DNA of 64,000 nucleotides from Bacteriovoracaceae bacterium (GCA_048270185.1 JBLWTJ010000001.1:224001-288000); one strand, 5' to 3'; positions 29,535-40,154 are shown, counted from the first letter of the stretch. The notes: generated by a model not told the origin, from the letters alone. Program-made: numbers and translations.

Positions 29535-30938
29535 ATGAAAAGAATTGAATTAAAAACGCTATTTACACAGGCCCAAACATATATTGGTCAGGAAGTAATT
29601 GTTAAGGGTTGGGTTCGCTCTGTTCGTAAGTCTAAGAAGTTTTCTTTCATCGTTTTAAATGATGGATCATCTCAGGACTTATTGCAAATTGTTGCGGATG
29701 CAGAGATCGAAAATTATGAGGCACTGTCTTCAATGCTTACAGGTACTTGTGTTTCAATAACTGGAAAAGTTGTTGAATCTCAAGGTAAGAATCAAACGAT
29801 TGAGATGCAAGCGACAACGGGTGAAATTATTGGTGCTGTTGATGAGAGTTATCCTCTTCAGAAAAAGGGTACTTCACTCGAACACTTAAGAGATATTGCT
29901 CACCTAAGAGTAAGAACAAATCTTTTTGGGGCCGTTTTCCGTGTTCGTCATGCACTTGCAATGGCCACACATAATTTCTTTAATGAAAAAGGTTTCTTCT
30001 ATCTTAATTCGCCAATCATAACAGCTGTCGATGGTGAAGGTGCGGGTGAGATGTTTAACGTTTCAACGCTAGATAAGAATAACCCACCTAAGACAGATAA
30101 GGGTGAAGTCGATTTTTCACGTGATTACTTTGGTAAAGATGTATCATTATGTGTAACAGGTCAACTAGAAGGAGAGTGCCATGCTCTTGGTCTTGGAAAG
30201 GTTTATACTTTCGGGCCAACATTTAGATCTGAAAATTCGAATACAAAGCGTCACTTAGCTGAATTCTGGATGATTGAGCCAGAAGTAGCATTTGCTGACC
30301 TTGAAGATGTTGCAGAGCTTGCTGCTGATTACATCAAATATATGATTGATTATGCTTTCACTCATTGTAAGAAGGAACTTGATTTCCTTTACTCAATGCC
30401 ATTTACTGATGTTGATAAGACACACTTTGATACATTAACTTCGGTTCGTGATAGCGAGTTCAAAAAAATTACTTATACAGAAGCTATCGATATTCTTTCT
30501 TCTTCAGGGGCCAAGTTCGAATTTCCAACTAACTGGGGTGAAGAGCTTCAGACTGAACATGAAAAATATCTAACAGATGTACATTTTAAATCCCCTGTAA
30601 TCGTTACTGATTATCCAAAGAATTGTAAGGCCTTCTATATGAAGCAAAACGAAGATGGGAAAACAGTACGTGCTATGGATGTTCTTGTTCCAGGTATTGG
30701 TGAACTTATTGGTGGCTCCCAACGTGAGGAAGATCTTGATAAGTTAATTAAGAGAATGGATGAGATGGGTATGGAGAAGGAAGGATACTGGTGGTATCTC
30801 GAACTTCGTAAGTTCGGATCAGCTCCACACTCTGGTTTTGGCCTTGGATTTGAGCGTGCGATTATGTATATCACTGGTATGAGCAATATCCGTGATGTTA
30901 TCGCTTTTCCAAGAACACCTGGAAATTGTGACTTCTAA
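29535..30938 (+). CDS. asnS: Asparagine--tRNA ligase
   Basis: HLRVRTN, FGPTFRSENSNT..HLAEFWMIEPE, GELIGGSQRE, GFGLGFER. Confidence 0.98.
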   Translation: MKRIELKTLFTQAQTYIGQEVIVKGWVRSVRKSKKFSFIVLNDGSSQDLLQIVADAEIENYEALSSMLTGTCVSITGKVVESQGKNQTIEMQATTGEIIGAVDESYPLQKKGTSLEHLRDIAHLRVRTNLFGAVFRVRHALAMATHNFFNEKGFFYLNSPIITAVDGEGAGEMFNVSTLDKNNPPKTDKGEVDFSRDYFGKDVSLCVTGQLEGECHALGLGKVYTFGPTFRSENSNTKRHLAEFWMIEPEVAFADLEDVAELAADYIKYMIDYAFTHCKKELDFLYSMPFTDVDKTHFDTLTSVRDSEFKKITYTEAIDILSSSGAKFEFPTNWGEELQTEHEKYLTDVHFKSPVIVTDYPKNCKAFYMKQNEDGKTVRAMDVLVPGIGELIGGSQREEDLDKLIKRMDEMGMEKEGYWWYLELRKFGSAPHSGFGLGFERAIMYITGMSNIRDVIAFPRTPGNCDF

Positions 30939-31515
30939 GAAACGAAAAATACTTTTTATGCCGGGGCTTAATCAGGCCCCGGATTCTTTTCAATTTAATA
31001 ATCCAAATATTACAAAATCGACACTATCATTTAATCGCTTAGGCCCCATCTCTTTAAAAGAAGATTTAAAAACAATTAAGAATTTAATTAGTGTTAATAA
31101 TAATGGCCTTATTGTTGCGCACTCCCTTAGTGCACTCTTGATTGAATGGCTGCGACAAAATGAATTAATTGATTTTAAAGCACATGAGCTTATCTATGTT
31201 GCTCCTGCTTTCTATCCTTCACGCTACCATTCTAAAATGATCCGATATTTAACATCTAAGCTTCATATCCCATCTCTTGCTCGCGCTGATACGAGAGTGT
31301 CCGCTAGTGTTCAGGCCAGTGTCTACTTCGAGATACTTGATTTCAATAAGGCCATTGAGCTGGATAAGTGTTTCATTAAGACTTATGTAGATGAAGAGGA
31401 TGAGATGCTAAATTTGAATTACTTGAAGCAATTGAGTAGTTTAGAGATAGTGAGAGAAAATAAATTCCCTCACCATCGTTGTTTTGAAACTATAAAGAAA
31501 ATAATTGATAATTAA
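30892..31515 (+). CDS. Small alpha/beta-hydrolase-like protein (start uncertain; GTG 30928 possible)
   Basis: LFMPGLN, VAHSLSA nucleophile elbow, YVAPAF, DEM, PHH. Confidence 0.6.
   Translation: MMLSLFQEHLEIVTSKKRKILFMPGLNQAPDSFQFNNPNITKSTLSFNRLGPISLKEDLKTIKNLISVNNNGLIVAHSLSALLIEWLRQNELIDFKAHELIYVAPAFYPSRYHSKMIRYLTSKLHIPSLARADTRVSASVQASVYFEILDFNKAIELDKCFIKTYVDEEDEMLNLNYLKQLSSLEIVRENKFPHHRCFETIKKIIDN
30961..30991 (+). terminator. Terminator-like hairpin after asnS, inside the next ORF
   Basis: CCGGGGC-TTAATCAG-GCCCCGG followed by ATTCTTTTT. Confidence 0.5.
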
Positions 31516-32993
31516 GATTCAGATTTTTTGTTTTGATCACCTTGGGATTCGCCAGAAGGTTTTCTGAAATTGCGATTCTTGTTGCGATTTCTGTTTCTGT
31601 TACGGTTCTGACGAGGCTTCGCTTCACCGTCTTTTGCTTGAATATCACCTTGTGCATTGTCTCTATTTTTTGGACGATTACGGTTGAAATTCTTCTTATC
31701 ACCTTTATTTTGATCATTCTTATCTTGGCGATTTCTGTTGTTATTGCGTGGACGAGATTGTCTCTTCCCGTTTGAGCGATTTGATGACGAGTTGTCGTCA
31801 TCTTCTGTCGCATCAAGTGGAAGCTTTTCAATCTCTTCGTCAATATTATTTGATGAAGTAGTTTCCTCATCATCAGTTAACTCATGGCCTTCTTCTTCGA
31901 TATCATCGTTTGTATCGATGAGTGAGTTCTGTTGTTTTCTTAGCCTTAATTCTTCTTCGAGTTCTTCGATCCCGATAATTACAGAGTTTTCTTTAGTAAT
32001 AGACTTAAATTCAGTTGGAAAGCGCCAGTCCTTTGGTGGACGGCATTTGCGCTTATCAAATTGATTCTTGTAGTAGCGTCTGATGTACCCTTTATCTGTT
32101 AGCATTTCAAATTGCTCAAGAAGAATGTGCAGTTTTAATACTTTACCGATATCACCGTTCTTAGTGCGGATATATGAATGTTCACCAGGTAAGAATTCTC
32201 TCTTATTTGAGTAAACATCATCTTCATATTTTATACAACATTTTACTTGGCCACAGACACCGTTAATCTTTGCTGGAATAAGTGCAAGGTTTTGGTTCTT
32301 GGCCATTTTTATTGAAACATTTCCATAATTAGTTAGGAAGTATGAACAACAAGTTTGTAATCCACAAGCACCAGTTGCACCAAGGGCCGCAGCGCGATCC
32401 CTAACTGAGATTTGGCGTAACTCAATTCTCATCTTAATTTCAGCAACAAGGTCTTTAACTAAGTTTCTAAAGTCGACTCTTTCAGGGGCCGTGAAATAGA
32501 AGACGGCCTTTTTCCCAAATTGAATAAACTCAACGTGAGTTAAATTCATATTTAGATTGTATTTTTCAATGAGGCGAAGACATATAACTTCGGCTTCATT
32601 TTCTTTTTTCATGTAACTTTTTTGTTCGTCGATATCTTCTTGTGTGGCAACTTTTGAGATCGAGCGAATAGGGAGCATCGACTTATCAAATTCTACTTCA
32701 TAAGGAAAAGAGTTGATATAACCAACAGTCATCCCACGGTCACTCATGGCAATTACTTTTTGTCCGTAAGAAAACTTTCTCTTACCTAAGAGAAATGGCT
32801 GACTTTTAGCGTTTCCAGGAAAGCGTACTCTAACCATTGTAAGAATTTGGCCGTCTTCGTACTTTCCATCTTGGTCTTTTGCTAATTTATCATCGTGTTT
32901 TGTGAATTTATTTGCTTTCTTATCCGCATCAGACTTTCCTTGTGGATTCTCTGAACTAGGAGTTGAATTATTTACTTCTTCATTATTTGTCAT
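31512..32993 (-). CDS. ricT: RicT/PSP1 (YaaT) family protein with acidic and Arg/Asn-rich tail
   Basis: FYFTAPERVDFR, RIELRQI, GACGLQTCC, KINGVCGQVKCCIKYE. Confidence 0.9.
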   Translation of the reverse strand: MTNNEEVNNSTPSSENPQGKSDADKKANKFTKHDDKLAKDQDGKYEDGQILTMVRVRFPGNAKSQPFLLGKRKFSYGQKVIAMSDRGMTVGYINSFPYEVEFDKSMLPIRSISKVATQEDIDEQKSYMKKENEAEVICLRLIEKYNLNMNLTHVEFIQFGKKAVFYFTAPERVDFRNLVKDLVAEIKMRIELRQISVRDRAAALGATGACGLQTCCSYFLTNYGNVSIKMAKNQNLALIPAKINGVCGQVKCCIKYEDDVYSNKREFLPGEHSYIRTKNGDIGKVLKLHILLEQFEMLTDKGYIRRYYKNQFDKRKCRPPKDWRFPTEFKSITKENSVIIGIEELEEELRLRKQQNSLIDTNDDIEEEGHELTDDEETTSSNNIDEEIEKLPLDATEDDDNSSSNRSNGKRQSRPRNNNRNRQDKNDQNKGDKKNFNRNRPKNRDNAQGDIQAKDGEAKPRQNRNRNRNRNKNRNFRKPSGESQGDQNKKSES

Positions 32994-33063
32994 TAATTTA
33001 CCATTAAAATTTAATTAGCTTAGATTGTCGTCTTATTAACACTTTATGTCTAGTGCCAATGCA

Positions 33064-33891
33064 TTACATTATGATGCTTAAAAGTCGAGCTAATCTGGAT
33101 TTTGCCGCCCCGTTAAAGGGAATCTCATAGGTTGCCTTACTGATTGCATCAAGGCATTGTTGGGTCTTTCTCATATCAGGATTACTTATTTGAGAAAGAT
33201 AAGAGGCCACTGCTTGGTGTATTAATGCCTCGCGAGTTGGTTGTTCTTTGATGAGATCATGGAGATCATCAAGTTTTAATTGTTCACGACTTGCTGTGCT
33301 TAGGACCTCAACAAGTTCCTGGTCATCAATGAAGGCCGTGACAAACTGGTTAAAATTATCTGTTTTCTCTTGTTTTCTCGCAGCATCGATAGGGGTTATA
33401 TTGATTCTAATAGTTCTAGAATCAATTGTTTCTAAACTCTTTTCATCATTAGACTTTAAAAAAATAAAGATATGTCCTTCTGGTGGCTCTTCTAAGGTCT
33501 TTAATAGTTTATTGGCAAGAATTGTTGTGATTTTCTGAGATTGATCAAAAATAGAAAATGAGTACTTTAATTGCGACGGTTTGAATCGAATAAAGTTAAA
33601 GAAGCTCTCTATTGCTGGGTCAGCTACCTTATAGGTCTTCTCTTTAGTTTGGATAAAGAGTATATCTGAAACATTTCCGTCTTCCACAGATTTCTTGGCC
33701 AGCTCATTATTGTGCCCAAGTTCTTTTGAAACAATATTTACAAGGAAGTCTTTCGTCCAATTCTCAAGAATCTCTCTCTTTTGAGTAGGAGAGTATTGGC
33801 CACTTATTTCAAGTGTGTAGAAATGGGCCAGCGACTTATCATCATAGCGTTTTGATAATGCCTGAAAGGCTAAATCTCGACTCTTATCCAT
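33064..33891 (-). CDS. holB: Divergent DNA polymerase III delta-prime subunit
   Basis: ANKLLKTLEEPP and TIDSR motifs; tmk-holB-ricT gene order. Confidence 0.75.
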   Translation of the reverse strand: MDKSRDLAFQALSKRYDDKSLAHFYTLEISGQYSPTQKREILENWTKDFLVNIVSKELGHNNELAKKSVEDGNVSDILFIQTKEKTYKVADPAIESFFNFIRFKPSQLKYSFSIFDQSQKITTILANKLLKTLEEPPEGHIFIFLKSNDEKSLETIDSRTIRINITPIDAARKQEKTDNFNQFVTAFIDDQELVEVLSTASREQLKLDDLHDLIKEQPTREALIHQAVASYLSQISNPDMRKTQQCLDAISKATYEIPFNGAAKSRLARLLSIIM

Positions 33892-34567
33892 TAATAACTG
33901 TTTCTACTTCTTGAATTAGACGATTCGTTACACTTTCAAGGCTTCCTGCACCGTCAATTTTTACGATACGATTAGGAAAGATATCAGCGCAGTAGTCATA
34001 ACCTTCAATAAGAGACTGATGAAAACTATTATCTCTTGATTCAAAGTAATCTTTAGGCATATTTCTTAATTGTTGTCTCTCAAGAGATTTTTCTAGATCA
34101 ATTCTTAGGTAGAATGTCTTATGAGGAACAATATTTAGTGGAAATTGCGAGTGGATTTTTAGGATATACTCTGGCCCTAGTCGTCTTGCCACTCCCTGGT
34201 ACGCAATTGAGCTATCGATAAAGCGATCACAGATAACAATTGTATTTGGAGTTTCTAGTTCTTTTAAAATAAGATCATGGAGATTTTGTGCTCTAGCACT
34301 CGCAAATAAGTGCGCTTCGGCCGCTGGATGAAGATCTGTTTGCGAAGTTAGAATGGCCTGTCTTAGCTTCTCTCCAAATGGTGTCCCACCTGGTTCTCTA
34401 ATAACAATAACATTAAAGCCTTTATCTTCAAGATAGTTTTTTACTTTTACTATTTGTGTTGATTTTCCTGAGCCTTCAATCCCTTCAAAGCTAAAGAAGA
34501 ATGATCCAGGGAAGGCCGCTTGACGAAAGTACTTAGTCAATTCTGTGATAGTTGTTGTGTTTTCCAT
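33884..34567 (-). CDS. tmk: Thymidylate kinase
   Basis: FEGIEGSGKSTQ, REPGGT, CDRFIDSSIAYQG. Confidence 0.97.
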   Translation of the reverse strand: MENTTTITELTKYFRQAAFPGSFFFSFEGIEGSGKSTQIVKVKNYLEDKGFNVIVIREPGGTPFGEKLRQAILTSQTDLHPAAEAHLFASARAQNLHDLILKELETPNTIVICDRFIDSSIAYQGVARRLGPEYILKIHSQFPLNIVPHKTFYLRIDLEKSLERQQLRNMPKDYFESRDNSFHQSLIEGYDYCADIFPNRIVKIDGAGSLESVTNRLIQEVETVING

Positions 34568-34625
34568 ACCTTGAAAGTATCACAACAAGTTAATTGTTGA
34601 CTACAAATTCTTTAATCTTTGATGA

Positions 34626-35861
34626 CTAAAATTCATCACCTTCGACAACATCTTCTGGAGAGAATTCATCTTGTTGTAATCTGCCTTCAAGATCTCCTGC
34701 AGCAGGTGAGCGATCTAGGTAGTCATCAACAATTTCACGGGCCGCATCAAGTTCATCGTAATTCTCAAGCTGTTCGTCCTGTGGGTCAAATGTCTCTTTT
34801 GATACTCTTTGGCGAATTGGGTCAAGCTCTAGTGCCTCTGTATTATCATCAAAGATAACTTCTGGTGGGAGTTCGGCCGTTTCAATATGGCCATCATCCA
34901 TAAACCTTGCTTCATTTAAGAACTCTGCATCTTTAATTGGCTCCTGACTACGAGTAATCTTTCTTGGCGCTGGTGTTGGAGTTCTCTTTGGCCTTGGAGA
35001 GACTTTCTTAGGCTGACCTTGAAAATCCTCAGGTGTTTCTTGTTTTGCCATCTGTGTTGGGCGTGGTTTAGCTTTTGTTACTTTAGATCGCTTAGTGCTT
35101 GCTACACTTCGATCTTGTTTTCCTGAAAGCTTATTGTAAGTGAAGAAAACTCCAGCAATTAACATAAAGCTCATAGCAAAGGCTGTCATTTTAACAGTGA
35201 TAGCACTATCTGTTTTTTGACTTGGATTAAAATCATCAATTTGAGCTTTATTTGGGTTAAGCTTCTGATTTCCAATATAGGCCAAGTCATAAATAAATTC
35301 TTTATCTTGTGAATTTTTCTTTGATAGGGCCATTGCCTTATCTGCATCGAGTGTTGAATTTTGAAAGATATGTCCTTGAGGTGAGTCAGGTAATTGCTCA
35401 TTTGAGCGAGTACGGCGATCAAAGATTTCAAATTCATGAATTGATCCCCAGCTTTGACCTGCATCGATTGAGATAAAGTCAGTATAAATAACCTCAAGCT
35501 TATCAAGCTTGGCCATGATTTCTTGACTTGAATATGGCCCGTCTTTCTTATTATTTTTAAGAAGATAGAATTGATCATCTTCATCAATTTGGAATTCTTT
35601 TATAATTTCAGGCTTTCTTCTTTGAAAGAGTGGATGAGTTGTAATTTGTGTCCAATCGCCACCAGCTAGGCATTTTACAGAAACACCTTCTTTAAAAAGA
35701 GTGTAGTCTTCAATGAATTCTTTGAGATCTTCTTGCCAAAAAGGACCAAGTTCTTTGCTATTATCTTTAATATAATAGACTTCTTCTGGAGCATACATTC
35801 CCCCAGACACTTGTTCTTTTGTCAGTAAGTACTCTTTAATATTCTTTCTACTACCGGCCAT
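34626..35861 (-). CDS. Bitopic membrane protein with two GYF_2 (DUF4339)-like domains
   Basis: YYIK..KELGPF and FYLLK..KDGPYS...W repeats, one TM, Pro/Lys-rich then acidic tail. Confidence 0.65.
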   Translation of the reverse strand: MAGSRKNIKEYLLTKEQVSGGMYAPEEVYYIKDNSKELGPFWQEDLKEFIEDYTLFKEGVSVKCLAGGDWTQITTHPLFQRRKPEIIKEFQIDEDDQFYLLKNNKKDGPYSSQEIMAKLDKLEVIYTDFISIDAGQSWGSIHEFEIFDRRTRSNEQLPDSPQGHIFQNSTLDADKAMALSKKNSQDKEFIYDLAYIGNQKLNPNKAQIDDFNPSQKTDSAITVKMTAFAMSFMLIAGVFFTYNKLSGKQDRSVASTKRSKVTKAKPRPTQMAKQETPEDFQGQPKKVSPRPKRTPTPAPRKITRSQEPIKDAEFLNEARFMDDGHIETAELPPEVIFDDNTEALELDPIRQRVSKETFDPQDEQLENYDELDAAREIVDDYLDRSPAAGDLEGRLQQDEFSPEDVVEGDEF

Positions 35862-35903
35862 AATTCCCTAAACCCTGATTGAATTAATCACTTTCTATAG
35901 TAG

Positions 35904-35930
35904 TTATCGGAAATATTTGCCCTTAGTTTA
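35904..35930 (-). promoter_or_regulatory. Candidate sigma28 (FliA) promoter
   Basis: Minus strand TAAA-N15-TCCGATAA upstream of the GYF-domain gene. Confidence 0.7.
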
Positions 35931-35943
35931 ATAAAATATAAAC

Positions 35944-35971
35944 AAAAAAGCCGACTACTGGAGTCGGCTTT
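35944..35971 (-). terminator. Intrinsic terminator of the beta-barrel gene
   Basis: AAAAAAGCCGACT-ACTGG-AGTCGGCTTT. Confidence 0.85.
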
Positions 35972-35998
35972 GTAAGTATCTAAATATTGAGAATTTTA

Positions 35999-36862
35999 TT
36001 AGAAAATTGGGAAGAACGCTGAAACGATTAGTTGAGCATTCTTAAGTGTATCATTTGCAAAATCATCGTCATTGTCTCTGAAGTCAATTGGCTCAAGAGC
36101 AAGTGATGCTGAAAGAGAAACTGCTGAGAAAGAGTATCCGATCTCTGGAGAAACTGAAATTGATTCTGCTTCTGCATTACCTTTTCTTCTGTTTTGAGCA
36201 TAGTACTCGATAGTAAGCGCTGTATAGAGCTTATCGTTTACATAATATGTTGGAGCTACTGCTGCATAATAGTTTGAAAGAAATTTTGATGAACCTGTAT
36301 TTCTAATATAGTTTTCATAGAAAGCATAAGTTCCAATTTTAAACTTATCAGTAATTTTCTTACCACCAATTAGGTAAAGACGGTTTTTAGCGTCATATCC
36401 TGATCCATTTCTTGTATCAACTGGATAGTAGTAAAGACGGTTTTGTACATATAGGTCAAATCCGTGTTTCTCTTCTGTTAGGATATTCTTAACGTAAAGT
36501 CTTGCTTGTGTTGAAGCGTATTGTTGGTGAACTGTACGACTTCCGTCTTTGTTTTCTTGAGCGTCTGTGAAGTCAGTTTGCCAAGATGGTACAAGTTTTA
36601 CAGCAAAGTTTTTGTTGATATTGTAACCAATATATAAGTAGTTATAGAAACTATATCCATTGATCGACTTAGTAAAAGAGTTCGAACCCTCTGCAAGGTA
36701 TTGCATATTAAATGGTGAGTCTTTAAGTTGCTCATACCAAGACTTACTTACTGATGTCTCTGTTGTGTTAGTAGTTGATGAAGATGGCACTGAAGACGTT
36801 GAAGTCGCGGCCATTACACTTACTGTTGCGAATGCGAGCAAAGCTCCCTTAATAATTCCCAT
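35999..36862 (-). CDS. Outer-membrane beta-barrel protein
   Basis: Signal peptide, Ser/Thr linker, Tyr-rich alternating strands, C-terminal Phe. Confidence 0.75.
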   Translation of the reverse strand: MGIIKGALLAFATVSVMAATSTSSVPSSSTTNTTETSVSKSWYEQLKDSPFNMQYLAEGSNSFTKSINGYSFYNYLYIGYNINKNFAVKLVPSWQTDFTDAQENKDGSRTVHQQYASTQARLYVKNILTEEKHGFDLYVQNRLYYYPVDTRNGSGYDAKNRLYLIGGKKITDKFKIGTYAFYENYIRNTGSSKFLSNYYAAVAPTYYVNDKLYTALTIEYYAQNRRKGNAEAESISVSPEIGYSFSAVSLSASLALEPIDFRDNDDDFANDTLKNAQLIVSAFFPIF

Positions 36863-37073
36863 TTAAATTCTCCCTCTTTCTTTTTTATAGGAGATGATAT
36901 TCGAATTATTTTTATTGATTTGCAACATATGATTGTTTAAGGAGTTAATTTTATCTGCTAATGTAAGAAAAAGTCAGTTTATAACTGCGAAAATTAAGAT
37001 TTTGTTATATTTAGGTGTCATGTCGGCCTTATTTTGTCTTCTAATTAGGGCCAAAGCTATCTATAATGAATCT

Positions 37074-38417
37074 ATGTTATTGATTTTTCTTATTCAATCC
37101 ATTTTGAGAATTTGTCTTTATCCGTTCTTCGTATTGGCCTATATTGTAAGAATTCCGTTTTTTTACGAGCGAATAGCCTTTGAAAGAAGAAATTATCGAG
37201 AGGAAGGGGCCAGGCCATTTGCTCGCGTCGGAAAGAAGGCCGATTGTCTTTTTCACTTCTCAAGTGAGGGTGAGTTCGAACAGATTAGGCCTTTGGCCGA
37301 TGAAATGATCTCTCTTGGTAAGAATATTGAGTTTATCTTCACTTCACCAAGTGTTGAGACAAAAGTTTGTGAGTACTACAGATCAAATAAAGAAAGAGTC
37401 CGTTATTTAAGGCTTCCAATTCTTATCTACTTTCCACTTTTGTCACGCCAAAATGTTATCGCATGGTCTAGTGCTAATAAAATGATGATGGTTCGTTATG
37501 ACTTTTTTCCTGAGTTGATATATTTAGGAACAAAAATGAAGGAATTTATCCTATTTTCTGCGACAATTAAGAACTCTAAGTCTCAGAAGATATCAATTGC
37601 AAAGAAGTTTATCTACAATCAATTTAACCGTATTATTTGTGCTTCTAACAAGGATTTCGAGCAATTTAGTGCCCTTGCCTCACAAGGAGAATTTTCACTA
37701 GAACATACTCGATTTGATCCTCCAATAGAACTTAGAATGTTACAAATTAACTCTCGTCAAAATTCTTTTAGAAAACATAAATTCTATGAAGAATTTAATT
37801 CTCTCATTTCACTATATCGTTATGAGAAGAGAATCTGCCTTGCTCAGCTTTGGCCTATTGAACTTGATATCTTTAAGGATCAAGATTTAGTCAAACTTAT
37901 CACTGGCCGTGATCTCTTTGTCTTCGTGGCACCACATAAATTGAGTCAAGAAAGTGTCGACACGTTTATAAATTCTATTACAGAGAGTTGCCCACAGCTT
38001 GTCCTCTATCACTTAAGTCAAGAGACTCTCGATAATGGAGAGATGGACAAGCTTATTGAAGACTTTCAAATGTCTCCTGGGATTATTCTTTGTACTGTTA
38101 AAGGTGTACTGTGTGAACTCTATCCATACTTTGAGAAAGTCTTTGTGGGTGGCGGTCATGGTAAAGGTGTTCATTCTCTACTTGAGCCATATGTTGCTGG
38201 GGCAAGTATTTATTGTGGCCCAAATATTCACAGATCAACTGAGTATGATACAATCATAAATAACGGCCAAGAGGTCACAATTCTAAATAATTTTGAAAAT
38301 GTTATGGCCAAATTTATTAGTCCGGTTTCAAATAGAATTGATAATAAAGTACTAGCACAAATGCTTAAAGAGAGTGAGTTATCTAAGAAGAAACTCATTC
38401 AATCACTAACGAAGTAA
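37074..38417 (+). CDS. waaA: Divergent Kdo transferase (GT30)
   Basis: HFSSEGEFEQ, FTSPS, VAPH, VGGG..HSLLEP..GP; ATG 37074 preferred over TTG 36933. Confidence 0.8.
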   Translation: MLLIFLIQSILRICLYPFFVLAYIVRIPFFYERIAFERRNYREEGARPFARVGKKADCLFHFSSEGEFEQIRPLADEMISLGKNIEFIFTSPSVETKVCEYYRSNKERVRYLRLPILIYFPLLSRQNVIAWSSANKMMMVRYDFFPELIYLGTKMKEFILFSATIKNSKSQKISIAKKFIYNQFNRIICASNKDFEQFSALASQGEFSLEHTRFDPPIELRMLQINSRQNSFRKHKFYEEFNSLISLYRYEKRICLAQLWPIELDIFKDQDLVKLITGRDLFVFVAPHKLSQESVDTFINSITESCPQLVLYHLSQETLDNGEMDKLIEDFQMSPGIILCTVKGVLCELYPYFEKVFVGGGHGKGVHSLLEPYVAGASIYCGPNIHRSTEYDTIINNGQEVTILNNFENVMAKFISPVSNRIDNKVLAQMLKESELSKKKLIQSLTK

Positions 38418-38418
38418 T

Positions 38419-39768
38419 ATGAATAAAACAATCGATACATTAGTCATTGGAAATAATATAACAAGCTTTTTAACATCTTCTCAGATCTTAAAAAGTGGAC
38501 AGAAAGCGATCTATTTAAGAGATAAGCGAATCAAGTCAAGTGATCCTTACTTTATGTTCTTTGGCCCTTTAGACTTATCATTTATAAAAACATGGGTAAG
38601 TGATCTTGAAATGGCCGAGGATATATTTAACGAAGACTCATTCGTTCTATCTCCATTTAGTATTATAATAAATGGTAAGCGTACAATGTGTGCAGGGGCC
38701 AGTCCTTACTTGAACTTCATGCAAGTTTGTCGACATTATCCATCTTTACATAATAAATTTCTACAAATTCTAGCTTCTGAAGATGTTGATCATGCTAAGT
38801 TTGATTCAGATTTTCTTGCTTGTGCAAAAAGGCTAGGAGAGTCCTTTTGTCGTTATAAAACAATTCATCAAATATCTGTTTCTACTTTCAAGGCCGACCT
38901 GCCTAAGTATATTTATGATATTTATACGGTCTTTAAAGAAGAAGTTAAGAATAATCGCGAACTACATCAGTTTATCTGCACTCTAAGATGTGTTTATACT
39001 CATGGATTAGAGCTAACTCTTTCAGACCTTGAGCTCATGTACTACTTTATATCTGTCTTATCTCCACGCTATCACTTTCTTTGGAGTCCTGCTAAGGAAA
39101 CACAGGTTAATGAAACGATTAATTCTCTTGGTGGATCTACCTATGACGATATTATTGAAGAGTTTAGCTTTTCTAATAATAGACCTTGGGCAACACAATT
39201 ATCTTCATTTTCAGGTGTGATATCACCTGCAAAAATTGCTATTTTTAGTTCGAATGTAGCAAAACTTGGAATCTCACATAATCTTGAAAGCCTATATCGA
39301 TGTATAAAACTTCGTTTTAAATGCCAGGATGATCTTGTTTCTGGAATCTACTATATTTTTAATGATGATTCATTTGGTGGTGACATAGCTTTTATTAGAA
39401 AGGAAGTCATTGTCGTTGACTCTCTTGATGGAAAACAGACCCTTGCTAATATTAAAGTTTATAAAAAGTATAATGACTGTTTAAAGCTAGATTTTTGCCA
39501 AGATGAACTTGAAGCTATGTTAAAAGAGAGTCATATTATTGAGAAAGACGATCAATTAATGACTGGTGTAATGACTGATGAAGTCTGTGTTCTTAGAAAT
39601 CATGGTATGATAAACTCTGGAGCTAAGATTAACTTAAAGTTTCGAAATAGTGATGGACCTAAAGCTTCTTGTGTTAAAGGAGTATACTATCAAGGACCAC
39701 TTAAGAAGAATGAATTAGCAATTACTCAAACATTAATTGAAGCTCGTGAATTTAAAACCTTTATATAA
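38419..39768 (+). CDS. Hypothetical protein, possibly a degenerate FAD-dependent oxidoreductase fold
   Basis: N-terminal DTLVIGNNITSF resembles a Rossmann beta-alpha start lacking GxGxxG; C-terminal GVYYQG. Confidence 0.5.
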   Translation: MNKTIDTLVIGNNITSFLTSSQILKSGQKAIYLRDKRIKSSDPYFMFFGPLDLSFIKTWVSDLEMAEDIFNEDSFVLSPFSIIINGKRTMCAGASPYLNFMQVCRHYPSLHNKFLQILASEDVDHAKFDSDFLACAKRLGESFCRYKTIHQISVSTFKADLPKYIYDIYTVFKEEVKNNRELHQFICTLRCVYTHGLELTLSDLELMYYFISVLSPRYHFLWSPAKETQVNETINSLGGSTYDDIIEEFSFSNNRPWATQLSSFSGVISPAKIAIFSSNVAKLGISHNLESLYRCIKLRFKCQDDLVSGIYYIFNDDSFGGDIAFIRKEVIVVDSLDGKQTLANIKVYKKYNDCLKLDFCQDELEAMLKESHIIEKDDQLMTGVMTDEVCVLRNHGMINSGAKINLKFRNSDGPKASCVKGVYYQGPLKKNELAITQTLIEAREFKTFI

Positions 39769-39777
39769 GGATGGCCC

Positions 39778-40002
39778 ATGAAAGTTAGGGATTCTGGACA
39801 AGTTGTTGTTGAATATCTCCTGCTTATAGTAGCGGTCGTCTCAATCATGTTTGGGGTCTTTGAAATATTAAAAACTCGAATTTCCGCCGACCCAAATGCT
39901 TGCCGAAATGGAAGTATAAACCCTCTTTGTTACCTCCAGACTCTCGGTCTTGAGAGCAATACTGACGTCAGATCTAACAAGTTTCGCAATTATAAGCTAT
40001 AA
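39778..40002 (+). CDS. Flp/Tad-type pilin-like protein (class III signal peptide)
   Basis: SG/QVVVEYLLL prepilin cleavage with Glu+5, Tyr+6 and a hydrophobic helix. Confidence 0.8.
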   Translation: MKVRDSGQVVVEYLLLIVAVVSIMFGVFEILKTRISADPNACRNGSINPLCYLQTLGLESNTDVRSNKFRNYKL

Positions 40003-40154
40003 TTGACACTTGTAACTCATTAAATTTACTCATGTTTTCTTGGAAATCTGAAATTATTTCATCAGTGTTCGTTTTTGCAGAGAATAATCTCGCTACGTGT
40101 TATAAGAATTTGTAACTCTATTTAAATAAAATTAAAAGAGAAAGGGAGAACATC

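Noticed and set aside
31560..31780. Short imperfect repeats in ricT
   Set aside because: Encode an Arg/Asn low-complexity tail, not a DNA repeat array
36933..37073. N-terminal extension of waaA from TTG 36933
   Set aside because: Occupies the divergent promoter region; TATAAT 6 nt before ATG 37074 fits better
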